A stretch of DNA of 64,000 nt from Paramoeba atlantica (Eukaryota; Protista; Discosea): the NCBI GenBank assembly GCA_977017575.1, contig CDRNVI010000015.1, positions 372,001 through 436,000 on the forward strand, read 5' to 3'. Positions 10,549-20,470 of this stretch are shown here, one piece after another (the first letter of the stretch is position 1; each line of letters opens with the position of its first letter). The notes beneath the pieces are model-generated. The model had not been told where the DNA came from and did not search any database. It saw only the letters and a program-made list of their open reading frames with translations. A program made the translations under genes and the position numbers.

Positions 10549-13500
10549 ATGTCTGCGGTTGACGATGTTCTTGCCTCTTACATCGAACCTAAACCGTATC
10601 TGTTTTTATTTATAGGCACAACACTTCTTGTAGGAGCATGTGTCAAGCATTTTGGAATCGGTTCACGCATACCCTACACGATAATCATGTTTATTCTTGG
10701 AGCTTTATCGGGTCTTCTTGCTGATTTTTGGAGTGGTTTTCGTCCTTTTGTCTCTTCCATTGAGCACATTCCTCCAAATTATATTTTTTACATCTTTTTT
10801 CCTGTCCTGATATTCGAAGCTTCTTTTAACAGCGATATTCCTGTGCTGCGCGCAATGTGGAAGCCTGTGATGCTTCTAGCATTTCCAGGTGTTCTTTTAG
10901 TGACATATTTGACTGCGATGATACTAAAGTTTATCATGTATCCCGAATGGACATGGCCAACGGCGCTTTTGTATGGGTCCATACTAAGCGCAACGGATCC
11001 CGTCGCCACAATAGCTGTCTTGCGTGAACTCGGAGCAGATAAATATATCCGCACACTACTTGACGGTGAATCTGTACTCAATGACGGATGTGCAATTCTT
11101 CTCTATTCAATCTTTTTACCGAGCGCAGTAGCCGGCGAGTGGCATATGTCAGTCGCAGGCGCATGTGCGCAGTTTCTAAAACTTTTAGTCGGAGCCATAC
11201 TTGTTGGTTTACTATTCGGATACGTCTTAGTCAGATGGTTACAACAGGCGAAAGAGAATATTGTGGAAATTACGCTAACGTATATCATTAGCGTCCTGGC
11301 TTATTTTTTCGCTGATGATATATGTAAAGTAAGTGGAGTTTTCACCCTGGCAGTTATGGGATTTTGCTTTGCCTACAGACGATACGTAATTCAGCCATCC
11401 AATGCACGCACTCTAAACGCAATATGGGATGTTTTGGTTCATGTAGCGAACACAGTCTTGTTTACTATGACCGGTGTGCTTGTAACCCGCGAAGGGTTTC
11501 AAGGGATGACGGGGCGTGATCTAGGCATGTGTGTTTTCTTATACATAGTCCTACAACTCACTAGAGGGCTCATGCTCCTGGTTGCCTGGCCTTTTTTGAA
11601 TTTTTCTCGGCATGTCACCTGGAATGAATGGGTGCTTTTGGTTCACAGTGGACTGAGAGGAGCCGTAGCATTGACCTTGACTCTTGCCGTACGTCACGAT
11701 CATCGTTTGCCCAAAGTTGTACGACATACCTTTTTGTTTCTGACTGCAGGAAGTGTCATATTAACTCTACTAGTAAACGGTCTTACCGTGCGTCCGCTCT
11801 TGAATTGGATTGGTTCGCAATGTGGGAAAGGTCCTAATTTTGCAGCAGATAGGAAGGAATTGCATTACGCCGCACAAGATTTGGTCCGAACATTAGACTT
11901 CAAAATTTATGAACTCGGGATGAATGAAATGTTTCAATCAACTAATGTTGGATTTCTTAGAGATGAAAAGAATCGTCTCCTGAGATCGTTTCATCCCTTA
12001 CTACACGAAATTCCCGATGTAACAGTATCAAAAGAGTTGGACAGTGCAAGACGTATTTACATGAGAGTTTTTGAATCTTTACTTCTTGACCGTGATAACC
12101 AATCACTTATTACGTGCGACGCATTCCACATCCTTCTACACGGCGCTCAAAAATCCATAGAAGAAAGACGAATTATGGTTCTAGAGGATTTTATCTGGAC
12201 GCACTCGGGTTTACACGTCTTTTATTATTTACGAAGCTTTATTCAACGATTAGTAAAAGATCAGCGGGGTTCGAGTCTACCGTCTAGGCTATGGCTTCGA
12301 TTTCAATTAATTATGGCGTATAGCATGATACTTCCTAAACTTGCACACAACTTTTCATTACAGAATTTCATTCACCCACTGGTACGGTCAGGTTTAAAAC
12401 AAATTGTACGTTCACAACTCAAGAGAGCCGAAATTTTGGTCGATTCTTTTAAATTACAGCATCCGGAGCTCAGCGTTAAGTTTCATACATTGCTTGCTCA
12501 TCGATTAATGGTACATACAGCGTCAGAGAGGTTGAGGGTACTACAACATCGGGGTACTATATCCATAGAAAATTACATAGCAGTGGAAACAGTTTTAAAG
12601 AATTTACCAAGGACATGTGGTCTTTGTATGGACGTCACTTATTCGAATATTGGAGCAGTCTTGCGACAGAACAAGAGCCTTGCATCGTTGTCTGAAGATG
12701 AACTTCAAATTTTGGAGGAAGACGCATTTATTCAATGCTGCGAATCCGAATCGCCCATTCCATGTATTGCAGGTCAATTGGCTTTTCTAATTAGTGGAAA
12801 GGTAAGACATAGCTTTACGGACGTGCAATTGGGTGAAGGAATGGTTTTTGGCGAGTCTTGCACAAATTTGGCAAAACTTTTTGATTTGGTCCCAACGAAT
12901 CATATGTATGTTTGCCATTCGGATTCAGTTTTCTTAATTCTCACACGAAAGAAAATATGTTCTTTCGCGTCATCCAACAAAATTTTATCAGATTCCTTAT
13001 TGGCGCTTGAGGTGCTTAAATGTGTTTTACCGTGTTTGTCGCAGTCATCTCCTTCTATAAATTGGAATAGCGAACAACGATGGCTTGCACTACGGGAAAG
13101 TGTTCTTTACAACGTTGGAGATGCGAACTCTTGCCTTCAGTTTGATTTATCGACTGCAAGTTTCTTTCTCCTTTGCGGAAGAAGTGCTTGTGGGTACTAT
13201 GGGCATGATGGCACACCGATTGAGATAGTTATGGCAAATCGACATCCGGTGACAGAGCATAGTTCAAACTTCGCCGAATTCCTTAATTTCGAGACTTTTC
13301 TAACGCTAGAATGGGAGGCAAATTCTCAATTTCTGATTTTCCCTTTGGATCTCAAGCAAAATCCGTTATGGGGTGTTACAGACTCCCTACGTAAAGTGAT
13401 ATCTGTCCATCAGGATGCACACATGCGCAATCCTTTTTCAGAAGAAAATATGCCGCGCAGCGAAGATATCTCAGCAGTAGCATCTCTTTTGATGAACAAC

Positions 13501-13710
13501 GAGAATGCAGCTTTAGATAGCGAGATAATCGATCACACAAATTCCTCCGTATTTTGGCTAGAGATGCGGAACGCACCATCCCGTTTTTGTGACATATGGT
13601 ATAGTGTAATTGGTATCAAGAACGCGGTACTGGAATTCGTGCGGGGCTGTTTCGTCCATGCGGGTCGCTTTGTGACCTACTTACGATCCAATAGGTACTA
13701 TCATCGATAG
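10549..13710 (+). CDS. CPA1 Na+/H+ antiporter, SOS1/NHX7-like, with long cytosolic tail (copy A)
   Basis: FFPVLIFEAS, SATDPVA, GESVLNDG, VSGV, GLRGAVAL; about 12 TM; possible cNMP-binding-like region in the tail. Confidence 0.9.
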   Translation: MSAVDDVLASYIEPKPYLFLFIGTTLLVGACVKHFGIGSRIPYTIIMFILGALSGLLADFWSGFRPFVSSIEHIPPNYIFYIFFPVLIFEASFNSDIPVLRAMWKPVMLLAFPGVLLVTYLTAMILKFIMYPEWTWPTALLYGSILSATDPVATIAVLRELGADKYIRTLLDGESVLNDGCAILLYSIFLPSAVAGEWHMSVAGACAQFLKLLVGAILVGLLFGYVLVRWLQQAKENIVEITLTYIISVLAYFFADDICKVSGVFTLAVMGFCFAYRRYVIQPSNARTLNAIWDVLVHVANTVLFTMTGVLVTREGFQGMTGRDLGMCVFLYIVLQLTRGLMLLVAWPFLNFSRHVTWNEWVLLVHSGLRGAVALTLTLAVRHDHRLPKVVRHTFLFLTAGSVILTLLVNGLTVRPLLNWIGSQCGKGPNFAADRKELHYAAQDLVRTLDFKIYELGMNEMFQSTNVGFLRDEKNRLLRSFHPLLHEIPDVTVSKELDSARRIYMRVFESLLLDRDNQSLITCDAFHILLHGAQKSIEERRIMVLEDFIWTHSGLHVFYYLRSFIQRLVKDQRGSSLPSRLWLRFQLIMAYSMILPKLAHNFSLQNFIHPLVRSGLKQIVRSQLKRAEILVDSFKLQHPELSVKFHTLLAHRLMVHTASERLRVLQHRGTISIENYIAVETVLKNLPRTCGLCMDVTYSNIGAVLRQNKSLASLSEDELQILEEDAFIQCCESESPIPCIAGQLAFLISGKVRHSFTDVQLGEGMVFGESCTNLAKLFDLVPTNHMYVCHSDSVFLILTRKKICSFASSNKILSDSLLALEVLKCVLPCLSQSSPSINWNSEQRWLALRESVLYNVGDANSCLQFDLSTASFFLLCGRSACGYYGHDGTPIEIVMANRHPVTEHSSNFAEFLNFETFLTLEWEANSQFLIFPLDLKQNPLWGVTDSLRKVISVHQDAHMRNPFSEENMPRSEDISAVASLLMNNENAALDSEIIDHTNSSVFWLEMRNAPSRFCDIWYSVIGIKNAVLEFVRGCFVHAGRFVTYLRSNRYYHR

Positions 13711-13918
13711 ATAGCAGATACCCCTATAATTCTCACCCCTTTTGTCTTCAGTTCTTCCCGTTTTGTTAGTCGTCGTGTTTCACTTTACCTCAGAAGTAAA
13801 TTGTAGAAGCAAACAACTTCATGTGCATTTATCTTGCTTCTTCTTTGTCCTTAACTTACACTTTCTTAGTTCTCAATTGATACTCACAAGAGCATCACGT
13901 ACATGTATTTCTTACCCA

Positions 13919-15256
13919 ATGCTTACCAGTACGTCCCATACAAGAATCTCCGTCGCCTCTCCTATCCTTCATCCACGAGATGCACAAGTTAGTGACCGTA
14001 ACTCCGGGAAGATATCGTCTTACACAACTCCGGTCCCATCGGATGCGCAGCTTATTCGCAAAGAGGAGGAAGGTGGGATGGAGGTAATCATGTATCTACA
14101 GTACGTGGGCGGACGCGCGAACGTTTCAGATGTAGAGCAAAATGTTCGTTGGATTGAGAAGTTCGACTCTTCATGCGGGACACTCTTAAAATTTCTGGAG
14201 CAACGTCCTCACATATTTGCGCTCTCTGCTGACAACGAAATGGTTACGGCCATTAGTCGCAGCATAAATCCAGAGACAACGAAACGTGCCCCGCTTCCCC
14301 GAGACAAATCACGACAAAGACAGACTCCTGCAGCTCACGGAAAAGTGGGATCGATGTGTGTTGCCGCATCGATTGATTTGGAAGAACTTCAACGGAGGTT
14401 CAAGCGCCTGGATTATTCTAGTGTTCTTGCAACCAAAGTGCTACATGTTACAAACAGAGGTCCGACCTCGAACAGTGTTGACTTGCAAGGAAATCAAGAC
14501 AAGTTTGATCTGTTCGTTTTCTCGTACGGGTCGCTTGTGTGGTGGGGTACTGATATAAGCTCCTTTCGTATGATTGAAAATGATTTTTTACGGCGAGGTA
14601 CCGCACTAGAACATGTAATAAAGGATCGATATAGGCAGTCCTGTCTAGAAGATTTGTTTCCCTTCTGGTGTACATTTGCTGTTGCTTCTGAGGATGATAT
14701 CATGCAAAACGGGAGATTTCTTGAGGCGCTTCAGCGTGATCACATACTCCTGACGTCCGACAGTCCTCCTTATAAGCAAGCAATTAGTCATGCACTCGCT
14801 CAAAGCGCCAAATTAGATGTCGTCGAACCCATGATACTGGAACTTTTGCGAATATGTAAACCTCTTCCATTGCAAATTCGTGATCAAGGCCATGCCAATA
14901 TTTCGCATACACGTGTTAATCAATTAAAAGGGGAGCTTTTCTTATATCGCATGGAGCTAAGAAGTGATAGCGAGCTGCTGGAAGAACCAGAATTTTTTTG
15001 GGAACTTCCATGGTTTAAGCCTGGATTCAAAATGGTGCGTGATGACTATGGTATTGACAGTCGCGTAATGCAACTAGATGAGAAACTCTCTGCCGCTCAA
15101 TTGACGCTTTCAATGATTGGAGAGCAATTCGATGAAGAGCACGGCCGTCGCTTGGAATGGATTATCATCGTACTTATTCTTATTGAAGTAGTGATTGCTG
15201 TCATTGAACTTCTTTTGGAGGTCGGACTTGGATTTTCGCTACCTTATTCAGCCTAG
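13919..15256 (+). CDS. RMD1/DUF155 family protein, paralogue 2, with small N-terminal helical domain (copy A)
   Basis: FVFSYGSLVWWG, ISHALAQSAKL, GELFLYR, LEEPEFFWE, LEWIIIVLILIEV; first ATG at 13919. Confidence 0.88.
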   Translation: MLTSTSHTRISVASPILHPRDAQVSDRNSGKISSYTTPVPSDAQLIRKEEEGGMEVIMYLQYVGGRANVSDVEQNVRWIEKFDSSCGTLLKFLEQRPHIFALSADNEMVTAISRSINPETTKRAPLPRDKSRQRQTPAAHGKVGSMCVAASIDLEELQRRFKRLDYSSVLATKVLHVTNRGPTSNSVDLQGNQDKFDLFVFSYGSLVWWGTDISSFRMIENDFLRRGTALEHVIKDRYRQSCLEDLFPFWCTFAVASEDDIMQNGRFLEALQRDHILLTSDSPPYKQAISHALAQSAKLDVVEPMILELLRICKPLPLQIRDQGHANISHTRVNQLKGELFLYRMELRSDSELLEEPEFFWELPWFKPGFKMVRDDYGIDSRVMQLDEKLSAAQLTLSMIGEQFDEEHGRRLEWIIIVLILIEVVIAVIELLLEVGLGFSLPYSA

Positions 15257-15455
15257 TTTTTGCACTCAATAAGCTTCAAGATTCATCGGTATGTACTTTT
15301 GATTAATCGTAGGTTTCGACTCACGATCCTGATTTAAGTTTCTGATTCGAATTCATTAAGAGATTTTTTTCTCGTAAAATTTGCAAGCAATGTAAGGTAC
15401 ATGTAGGTAAATATTAACAGCATTTTCGTTTCAAGTCATAATTTTATTTTATTAA

Positions 15456-17153
15456 ATGAAAGGTAAGAAACGAAAAGTACAGGATTTTTCTATTAAAAGG
15501 CGTGACGTTGCTCGACGCAAAGCGCAGCGTAGTGTACAGTGCTTCGACGAAAGATCTCAACGCCAGGCACCTCGAAGATCAGAAATGCTCAATAAATGGA
15601 GCAACACTAGTACCCGCTCTTCGCGTTTTCGGTTAAACTCGGCTTCTTTTGAAACAACTGATCATTCTGTGGGCAGCCTTCTTGGGCAAAGTTCAGAGCT
15701 ACAAGACATGCTCCATATTGCGACGGGTCAGAAGCCTCTTGATGAAAATGTCAAAGATGTTCGAAGCGTACAAGACTATCAAAATAGACGAAGGAAAAAG
15801 CAACAAGAACGAAAGCGAGTAGAGCGAGAAATACACTCCCTTGATCAAGAATGGGAGCAACTAGCTCCTCTGATGATGCGCAATGAAGAAAAGCACTCGG
15901 CTAAACAAACAACATCGGAACATGACAGTGTAGTGCGTAATTTATCCATCGGATCATCTAACTTGCCTATTAAGAAGAAAGCGATTTACAGTACATCATA
16001 CAAAAAACCAACTTCCGCTCAGCAACAATGCCCGCAAAATGAATTACGCGAACAATTATTCTGCAAAAACAAGATTCCATCTGAGGAAACTTGCATAGCA
16101 TATCACACTTTTGTCTCTGGCGTTTTGCAAAGTGCTGCTAGAGTCGAAAAGGACAGCATCTCTGAGTCTTACTTTAAAAATGGGGCAAAGCTTTTGTCGG
16201 AATTTTCTTCTGATGCAGACCTTGCACTACAGCAGCGTAGCGTAGTTATTATACGCGTATTAGCAAGAGATTGTTTCCCTTTGCGTGCAGCTTGTGTCAT
16301 AGTTAGTCTAAACATGCTGAATCAAATAAATCAACGTTTTCTACCTTATTCCGCTTCAATGTGTTCAAATGGCGCCCTGTGCGAGCGCTGTTTCAAGTTG
16401 GTTGTATGTAGCCCACAGTACCTAGAATATATGAGAGTTGGACTTCTTTATTGCTCTCTCTTGCGTCATCTCTATGTGATAGCACTCCAAGAATTTGACG
16501 CATTGCTTCCTTTAACACATCATGATGCACTGAGCCATACATCTCCGCTTTGGTCATCTCAAAGCATTTCGGAGCCCCTGGTATTCTTGCGCACGTTCTT
16601 CATGGCAACTCAATTGTGTGAACAAGCAGAAGGAGGGTATTACAAGAATCAAGAGTGTGACTTACAATTTCTCTCGCACAAAGGTATTTTTTTGTCTTTT
16701 CGTACCTTGGGGCACTCCTTAAATGAGTTCTTTCTTGGAAAAACTGCTTCAGTCCCGGAAAATCTTTCGAATGCACAGATCGATATGACTTCACACTTAC
16801 CACATGTATGTACGTCGATTGAAGGAGAGTCCAATTTAAGCTTCATGATCCAACGCCCCCAAGCACTGGTACAGTATGCTCCTCGCACACAATTCTGTGA
16901 AGAATTTGGTTTGAATGAGTCCTGCGAAAAGAGTAAGAAAAAGAGGCTGCGTAAAGGTATGAAACGGTATCGTCAGGAGCATCGCGTATTAGCGCACCTT
17001 ACCCGGACGACCTACGAGGAGAAACGTCAAATCGAGGAGGATAACCGAGATAAAAAATACAAGGAGATTCTTTCTGAGCTTCAACAACAGCAGCATGTAC
17101 TAAAAACTATCGACTTGCACAAAGCTCTGGCCAAAAAGAAAAAGAATAAATAG
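15456..17153 (+). CDS. NOP14: NOP14-like SSU processome protein (copy A)
   Basis: Basic N-terminus; C-terminal KKRLRKGMKRYRQE...KKYKEILSELQQQQ...KKKK resembles the NOP14 tail. Confidence 0.6.
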   Translation: MKGKKRKVQDFSIKRRDVARRKAQRSVQCFDERSQRQAPRRSEMLNKWSNTSTRSSRFRLNSASFETTDHSVGSLLGQSSELQDMLHIATGQKPLDENVKDVRSVQDYQNRRRKKQQERKRVEREIHSLDQEWEQLAPLMMRNEEKHSAKQTTSEHDSVVRNLSIGSSNLPIKKKAIYSTSYKKPTSAQQQCPQNELREQLFCKNKIPSEETCIAYHTFVSGVLQSAARVEKDSISESYFKNGAKLLSEFSSDADLALQQRSVVIIRVLARDCFPLRAACVIVSLNMLNQINQRFLPYSASMCSNGALCERCFKLVVCSPQYLEYMRVGLLYCSLLRHLYVIALQEFDALLPLTHHDALSHTSPLWSSQSISEPLVFLRTFFMATQLCEQAEGGYYKNQECDLQFLSHKGIFLSFRTLGHSLNEFFLGKTASVPENLSNAQIDMTSHLPHVCTSIEGESNLSFMIQRPQALVQYAPRTQFCEEFGLNESCEKSKKKRLRKGMKRYRQEHRVLAHLTRTTYEEKRQIEEDNRDKKYKEILSELQQQQHVLKTIDLHKALAKKKKNK

Positions 17154-17483
17154 TAATTCGGTTTTTTTTCTTTGAGACTAGTGATGCGGATTCAAATGGT
17201 CGGCGAATGCATCGATCGCCTGGGCTCATGAAGAGGGAAATGTGACATTTCAAATGTCTTTCATGCAATTTTATGGCTATAATGGCGAAACTAATTTTCT
17301 TGTTGGGGGTATCTAAGGCTTGTGAATGCCGTCGAATGTACTCACAAAAAATCACCCTATAAATTAACATGTAAGCTGCTCGGTTCCTCTTTATATCACA
17401 ATTGAAATTACCGCTATGGCTTCTTACTGATCCCTCTATTTTTTTACTGGCCTTCCTATAAGAATTTTGAAATACTGCTATCA

Positions 17484-18248
17484 ATGGTTTCCGTTCATTC
17501 ATACAATGAGACTGAAAAGTCACACTTTGAGGAACTTGAAGCAGCCACACAATTGTGTGAGTGCTATGACTCATATGCGGAAGATTGCAATCCCACTTCT
17601 GACAATTGGAAAGAGGCTGTGTCTAGTGCAATACGCCTTCACAATATTCTTGATTCCTATCTAGAGTTTCCTACCTTAATTATTCCTCATTTGGACTCTT
17701 TGTTAAACCCTTTAATTAGTTCTTTAGAAAGTCCCTTAGAATTAGTTCTTTGGTCTGGTTTTATGCCCTGGTTTTTAAGTTGGCGACGTATCGCATGTAG
17801 CGCCATGAGCGCGGGCCTTGCCGGCACTCAGTTGTATTGGATAGCAGCCTCTGAACTTCGGTTTCGCGATTCTCACACGTGGAAAAGCACTAAGGGTACT
17901 ATAACGCGCAACTATTATGCCCCAGAAATGCTTGGTGCGACAAATTTGGAATATACTTTTGTCGTAGATGGAAAAGAATACCAAGGGAAACGATTAAGGA
18001 GTGGATCGATCTGGAATGAGGAAAGCCTTCAGCAACCACAATTCTTTCGCGAAGGATCTCCGACTGTTGTCTACTACGATCCGCATGATCCTACACAGAG
18101 TGCAATATCTTTAGCCCCGGATCGAGGTACACAATTTTTACTAGTCATAAACGTTCTGTGCGGTCTAACATTTGCTTATCGCGCTGTCCGATGTCCTGGG
18201 ATCCTTCCTGGAACAACGCATTACGCATGGAAACGAAACAAAGTTTGA
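17484..18248 (+). CDS. Chimeric ORF: TBCD residues 1-82 fused in frame to a DUF3592-like membrane protein (native ATG probably 17763)
   Basis: First 82 aa identical to the 36749 ORF. C-terminal part has W.ST.GTIT, LEYTFVVDGKEY, VVYYDPHDP flanked by hydrophobic segments. Confidence 0.75.
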   Translation: MVSVHSYNETEKSHFEELEAATQLCECYDSYAEDCNPTSDNWKEAVSSAIRLHNILDSYLEFPTLIIPHLDSLLNPLISSLESPLELVLWSGFMPWFLSWRRIACSAMSAGLAGTQLYWIAASELRFRDSHTWKSTKGTITRNYYAPEMLGATNLEYTFVVDGKEYQGKRLRSGSIWNEESLQQPQFFREGSPTVVYYDPHDPTQSAISLAPDRGTQFLLVINVLCGLTFAYRAVRCPGILPGTTHYAWKRNKV

Positions 18249-18396
18249 CTTCCAGCTTTAATGGCTCAATAATTGTGGTTGGAAACTATTCGAAGTTGGA
18301 CTCTTAAACGTAGTTCTTGTCATAATTTTATTTAATGGCTTTAACCGTCTCATTTAATTCCAGTTATACATTATTTTGAAGTATTGGTTACTCTTC

Positions 18397-18738
18397 ATGT
18401 CAAAGCATCACTCAGACACACTGTTGTGTCGGAAAAGAGTGGGCACAGCTCTTGGCAAAGTATGTTCCCGATGTGAAGGTAGATGTCCAATTTGTGACGC
18501 TCACTGCCGTTCAGAAACAGCTGTTCAAATATGCGACGAGTGTAATTTTCTAATGGGAATCCAAGAACCAAAATGCATCATATGCAATGCTAAAGGGGCT
18601 AGAGCGCAGGCGTATTACTGCCATGAGTGTACCATGCAAGGACTGGATAGAAATGGGTGTCCTCAGGTAGTTTCACTTGGTTCTGCTCGTCTAGATGCAA
18701 TTTTTGAGAAGTCTCGAAAAGATCGCGAAAATAGATAA
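18397..18738 (+). CDS. PHF5A: PHF5A/Rds3 SF3b spliceosomal zinc-knot protein
   Basis: MSKHH...CRK..G...C.RCEGRCPICD...CDECN...CIIC...AYYCHEC...DRNGCP. Confidence 0.93.
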   Translation: MSKHHSDTLLCRKRVGTALGKVCSRCEGRCPICDAHCRSETAVQICDECNFLMGIQEPKCIICNAKGARAQAYYCHECTMQGLDRNGCPQVVSLGSARLDAIFEKSRKDRENR

Positions 18739-19027
18739 AGAAGTCCACCTAATTTTCTAGCCTCTATTGTGACACTTTTGGACACTCTTCACAATGAATC
18801 ATACTTCACTATCACATGCTTCCTATCGCTCGATGGTGCTCCACAATGCTTGATTTCTCAACAAATCCTTCGGAGAGAACAGGCCGTTCTAACTTTTTTT
18901 ATTTCTCAATAAAATCATAACAAAAACATAGGTTATAATCGGTCATTCATTATTAAATTTATTAATGTGTGGCTTACGTCATTCTTAAACTGTTGCCATC
19001 TACTTCCGTTTTTCATTCAGACGCCCC

Positions 19028-20470
19028 ATGCTACGACACTTTTCCACAAACCGCCTCTCCTTTGAGGACTTAAACGACACTACGGAGGATTTCCTCCACG
19101 AACGCATCGCTCGCCGACCCTGTGTACTTGGACCCGGAACCGAATTCTTTCTCGATGGCAAACCCATCGAACCCATGCTCAGCTCCGCAACCATCACCAA
19201 AGCCTTCAGTGGGAGTCACCTCGATTTAAGCGCCTTCAGTCCCGACCTCACCGACGACACCCTCGGCACCCCCGCCACCCCCCCACTCGGGTCACCCCCT
19301 TCCCTCACCCCTCTACGTCAAAACGACCCCTTCCGTTACCCCCACCCCCCCGACCCCCCCTCCCGTACCCCCGAAAAGCCCCACACCACCGCCGTCCTTG
19401 GGGCCCAAAACTACCTCGCGGGGTACACCATCCACGCCCTCCTTGAGCGCGGCCATGAGGTCCGGGTCATCGTCCCCGACCCCCCGACCCTCCGACGGCT
19501 GCGCCCCCTGCAGCAACGCGCCCGGGACGCCCACCGCCTCTCCCTCCACCTCCTCCCCGCCCCGGGCCCCGATGCGTCCTACGACGAGATCCTCTACGGG
19601 GTCGACACCGTGTTCGTTGTCCAGCACGCCGGGGCCGCCCACCTCCCCTCCCCCGGGGCCCTCGAGGCGTTCACCCGGGTCGTCGGGTCCCTCCGGCGGT
19701 GCAGGGAGCCCTCCCAGAGGGACCCGCGGCGCGTGGTGCTGACCGGGCCCTCGGTGAGTGCCGCGGGGGGGCGTCCGGGGACCGGGGAGGGGGGTGAGGG
19801 TCAAACGGTGTGGGAACCGTTCGAGGAGGTCGCGGCGGAGGCCCGGGTGGAGTGGGTGAGACTACAGCCCGGGTTGGTGATTGGACCGGTGGGGTGGGGG
19901 GATGTGGCGGATGCGACGAGGGTGGTGGAGGATTTGGTGGTGGGTTCGGGGGGGTTTCCGTTTGCCCCGCGGACGGTGTGGAATTTTGTGGATGTGCGGG
20001 ATTTGGCCGCGGCGAATGTTGCGGCGATGGAGAGTGCGCGGGTGGTACCGTACGCTTCGGTGGTGGGGGCGACGTTGACGTTGCCCCAGATTGGGCGATT
20101 TCTTATTCAGCTCTACCCCTCGTTGCGCCCCCCTACCAGGGATGCGCCTCATTGGCTTACGATTGTGCTCACGCTGTGGCGTCACCCCCGGACGAACCTG
20201 CGACGGTTGTGGCACAGTCTCGACAATCACCCCTCTGGTCTCGAGGAATCGGAGCAAAAAGATCTTTGTGTGCGCTATACCCCTTGGCAGCGTACAGTGG
20301 AGGATATTGTAGATCAGTTGGTAGCGGAGGAGCTGCTGGTAGTTTCGCCGGAATCCACGAGTTCGTGGAGTTTTGCGTCGTATGGTGCCGGCATCGCAGC
20401 CATTCTTGGAGTGTTGTGCGGTGGTTGGAAGTTTTTAAACTGGCGCAGAAAATATGTGAAATCTGATTAA
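19028..20470 (+). CDS. Degenerate NAD-dependent epimerase/extended SDR (DFR-like) with C-terminal TM, copy B
   Basis: AVLGAQNYLAGYTIHALLERGHEVRV (decayed Rossmann motif), LQPGLVIGP, NFVDVRDLAAANVAAME; no YxxxK found. Confidence 0.75.
   Translation: MLRHFSTNRLSFEDLNDTTEDFLHERIARRPCVLGPGTEFFLDGKPIEPMLSSATITKAFSGSHLDLSAFSPDLTDDTLGTPATPPLGSPPSLTPLRQNDPFRYPHPPDPPSRTPEKPHTTAVLGAQNYLAGYTIHALLERGHEVRVIVPDPPTLRRLRPLQQRARDAHRLSLHLLPAPGPDASYDEILYGVDTVFVVQHAGAAHLPSPGALEAFTRVVGSLRRCREPSQRDPRRVVLTGPSVSAAGGRPGTGEGGEGQTVWEPFEEVAAEARVEWVRLQPGLVIGPVGWGDVADATRVVEDLVVGSGGFPFAPRTVWNFVDVRDLAAANVAAMESARVVPYASVVGATLTLPQIGRFLIQLYPSLRPPTRDAPHWLTIVLTLWRHPRTNLRRLWHSLDNHPSGLEESEQKDLCVRYTPWQRTVEDIVDQLVAEELLVVSPESTSSWSFASYGAGIAAILGVLCGGWKFLNWRRKYVKSD

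Larger units (their letters stand above)
1..17730. repeat. Copy A of a near-perfect tandem segmental duplication (continues upstream of the window)
   Basis: Sequence and ORF track recur at offset +19265. Identity ends at 17730/36995 (...tctttagaaa|gtccc vs ...tctttagaaa|aaact). One SNP seen: 13215 A vs 32480 G. Confidence 0.97.
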
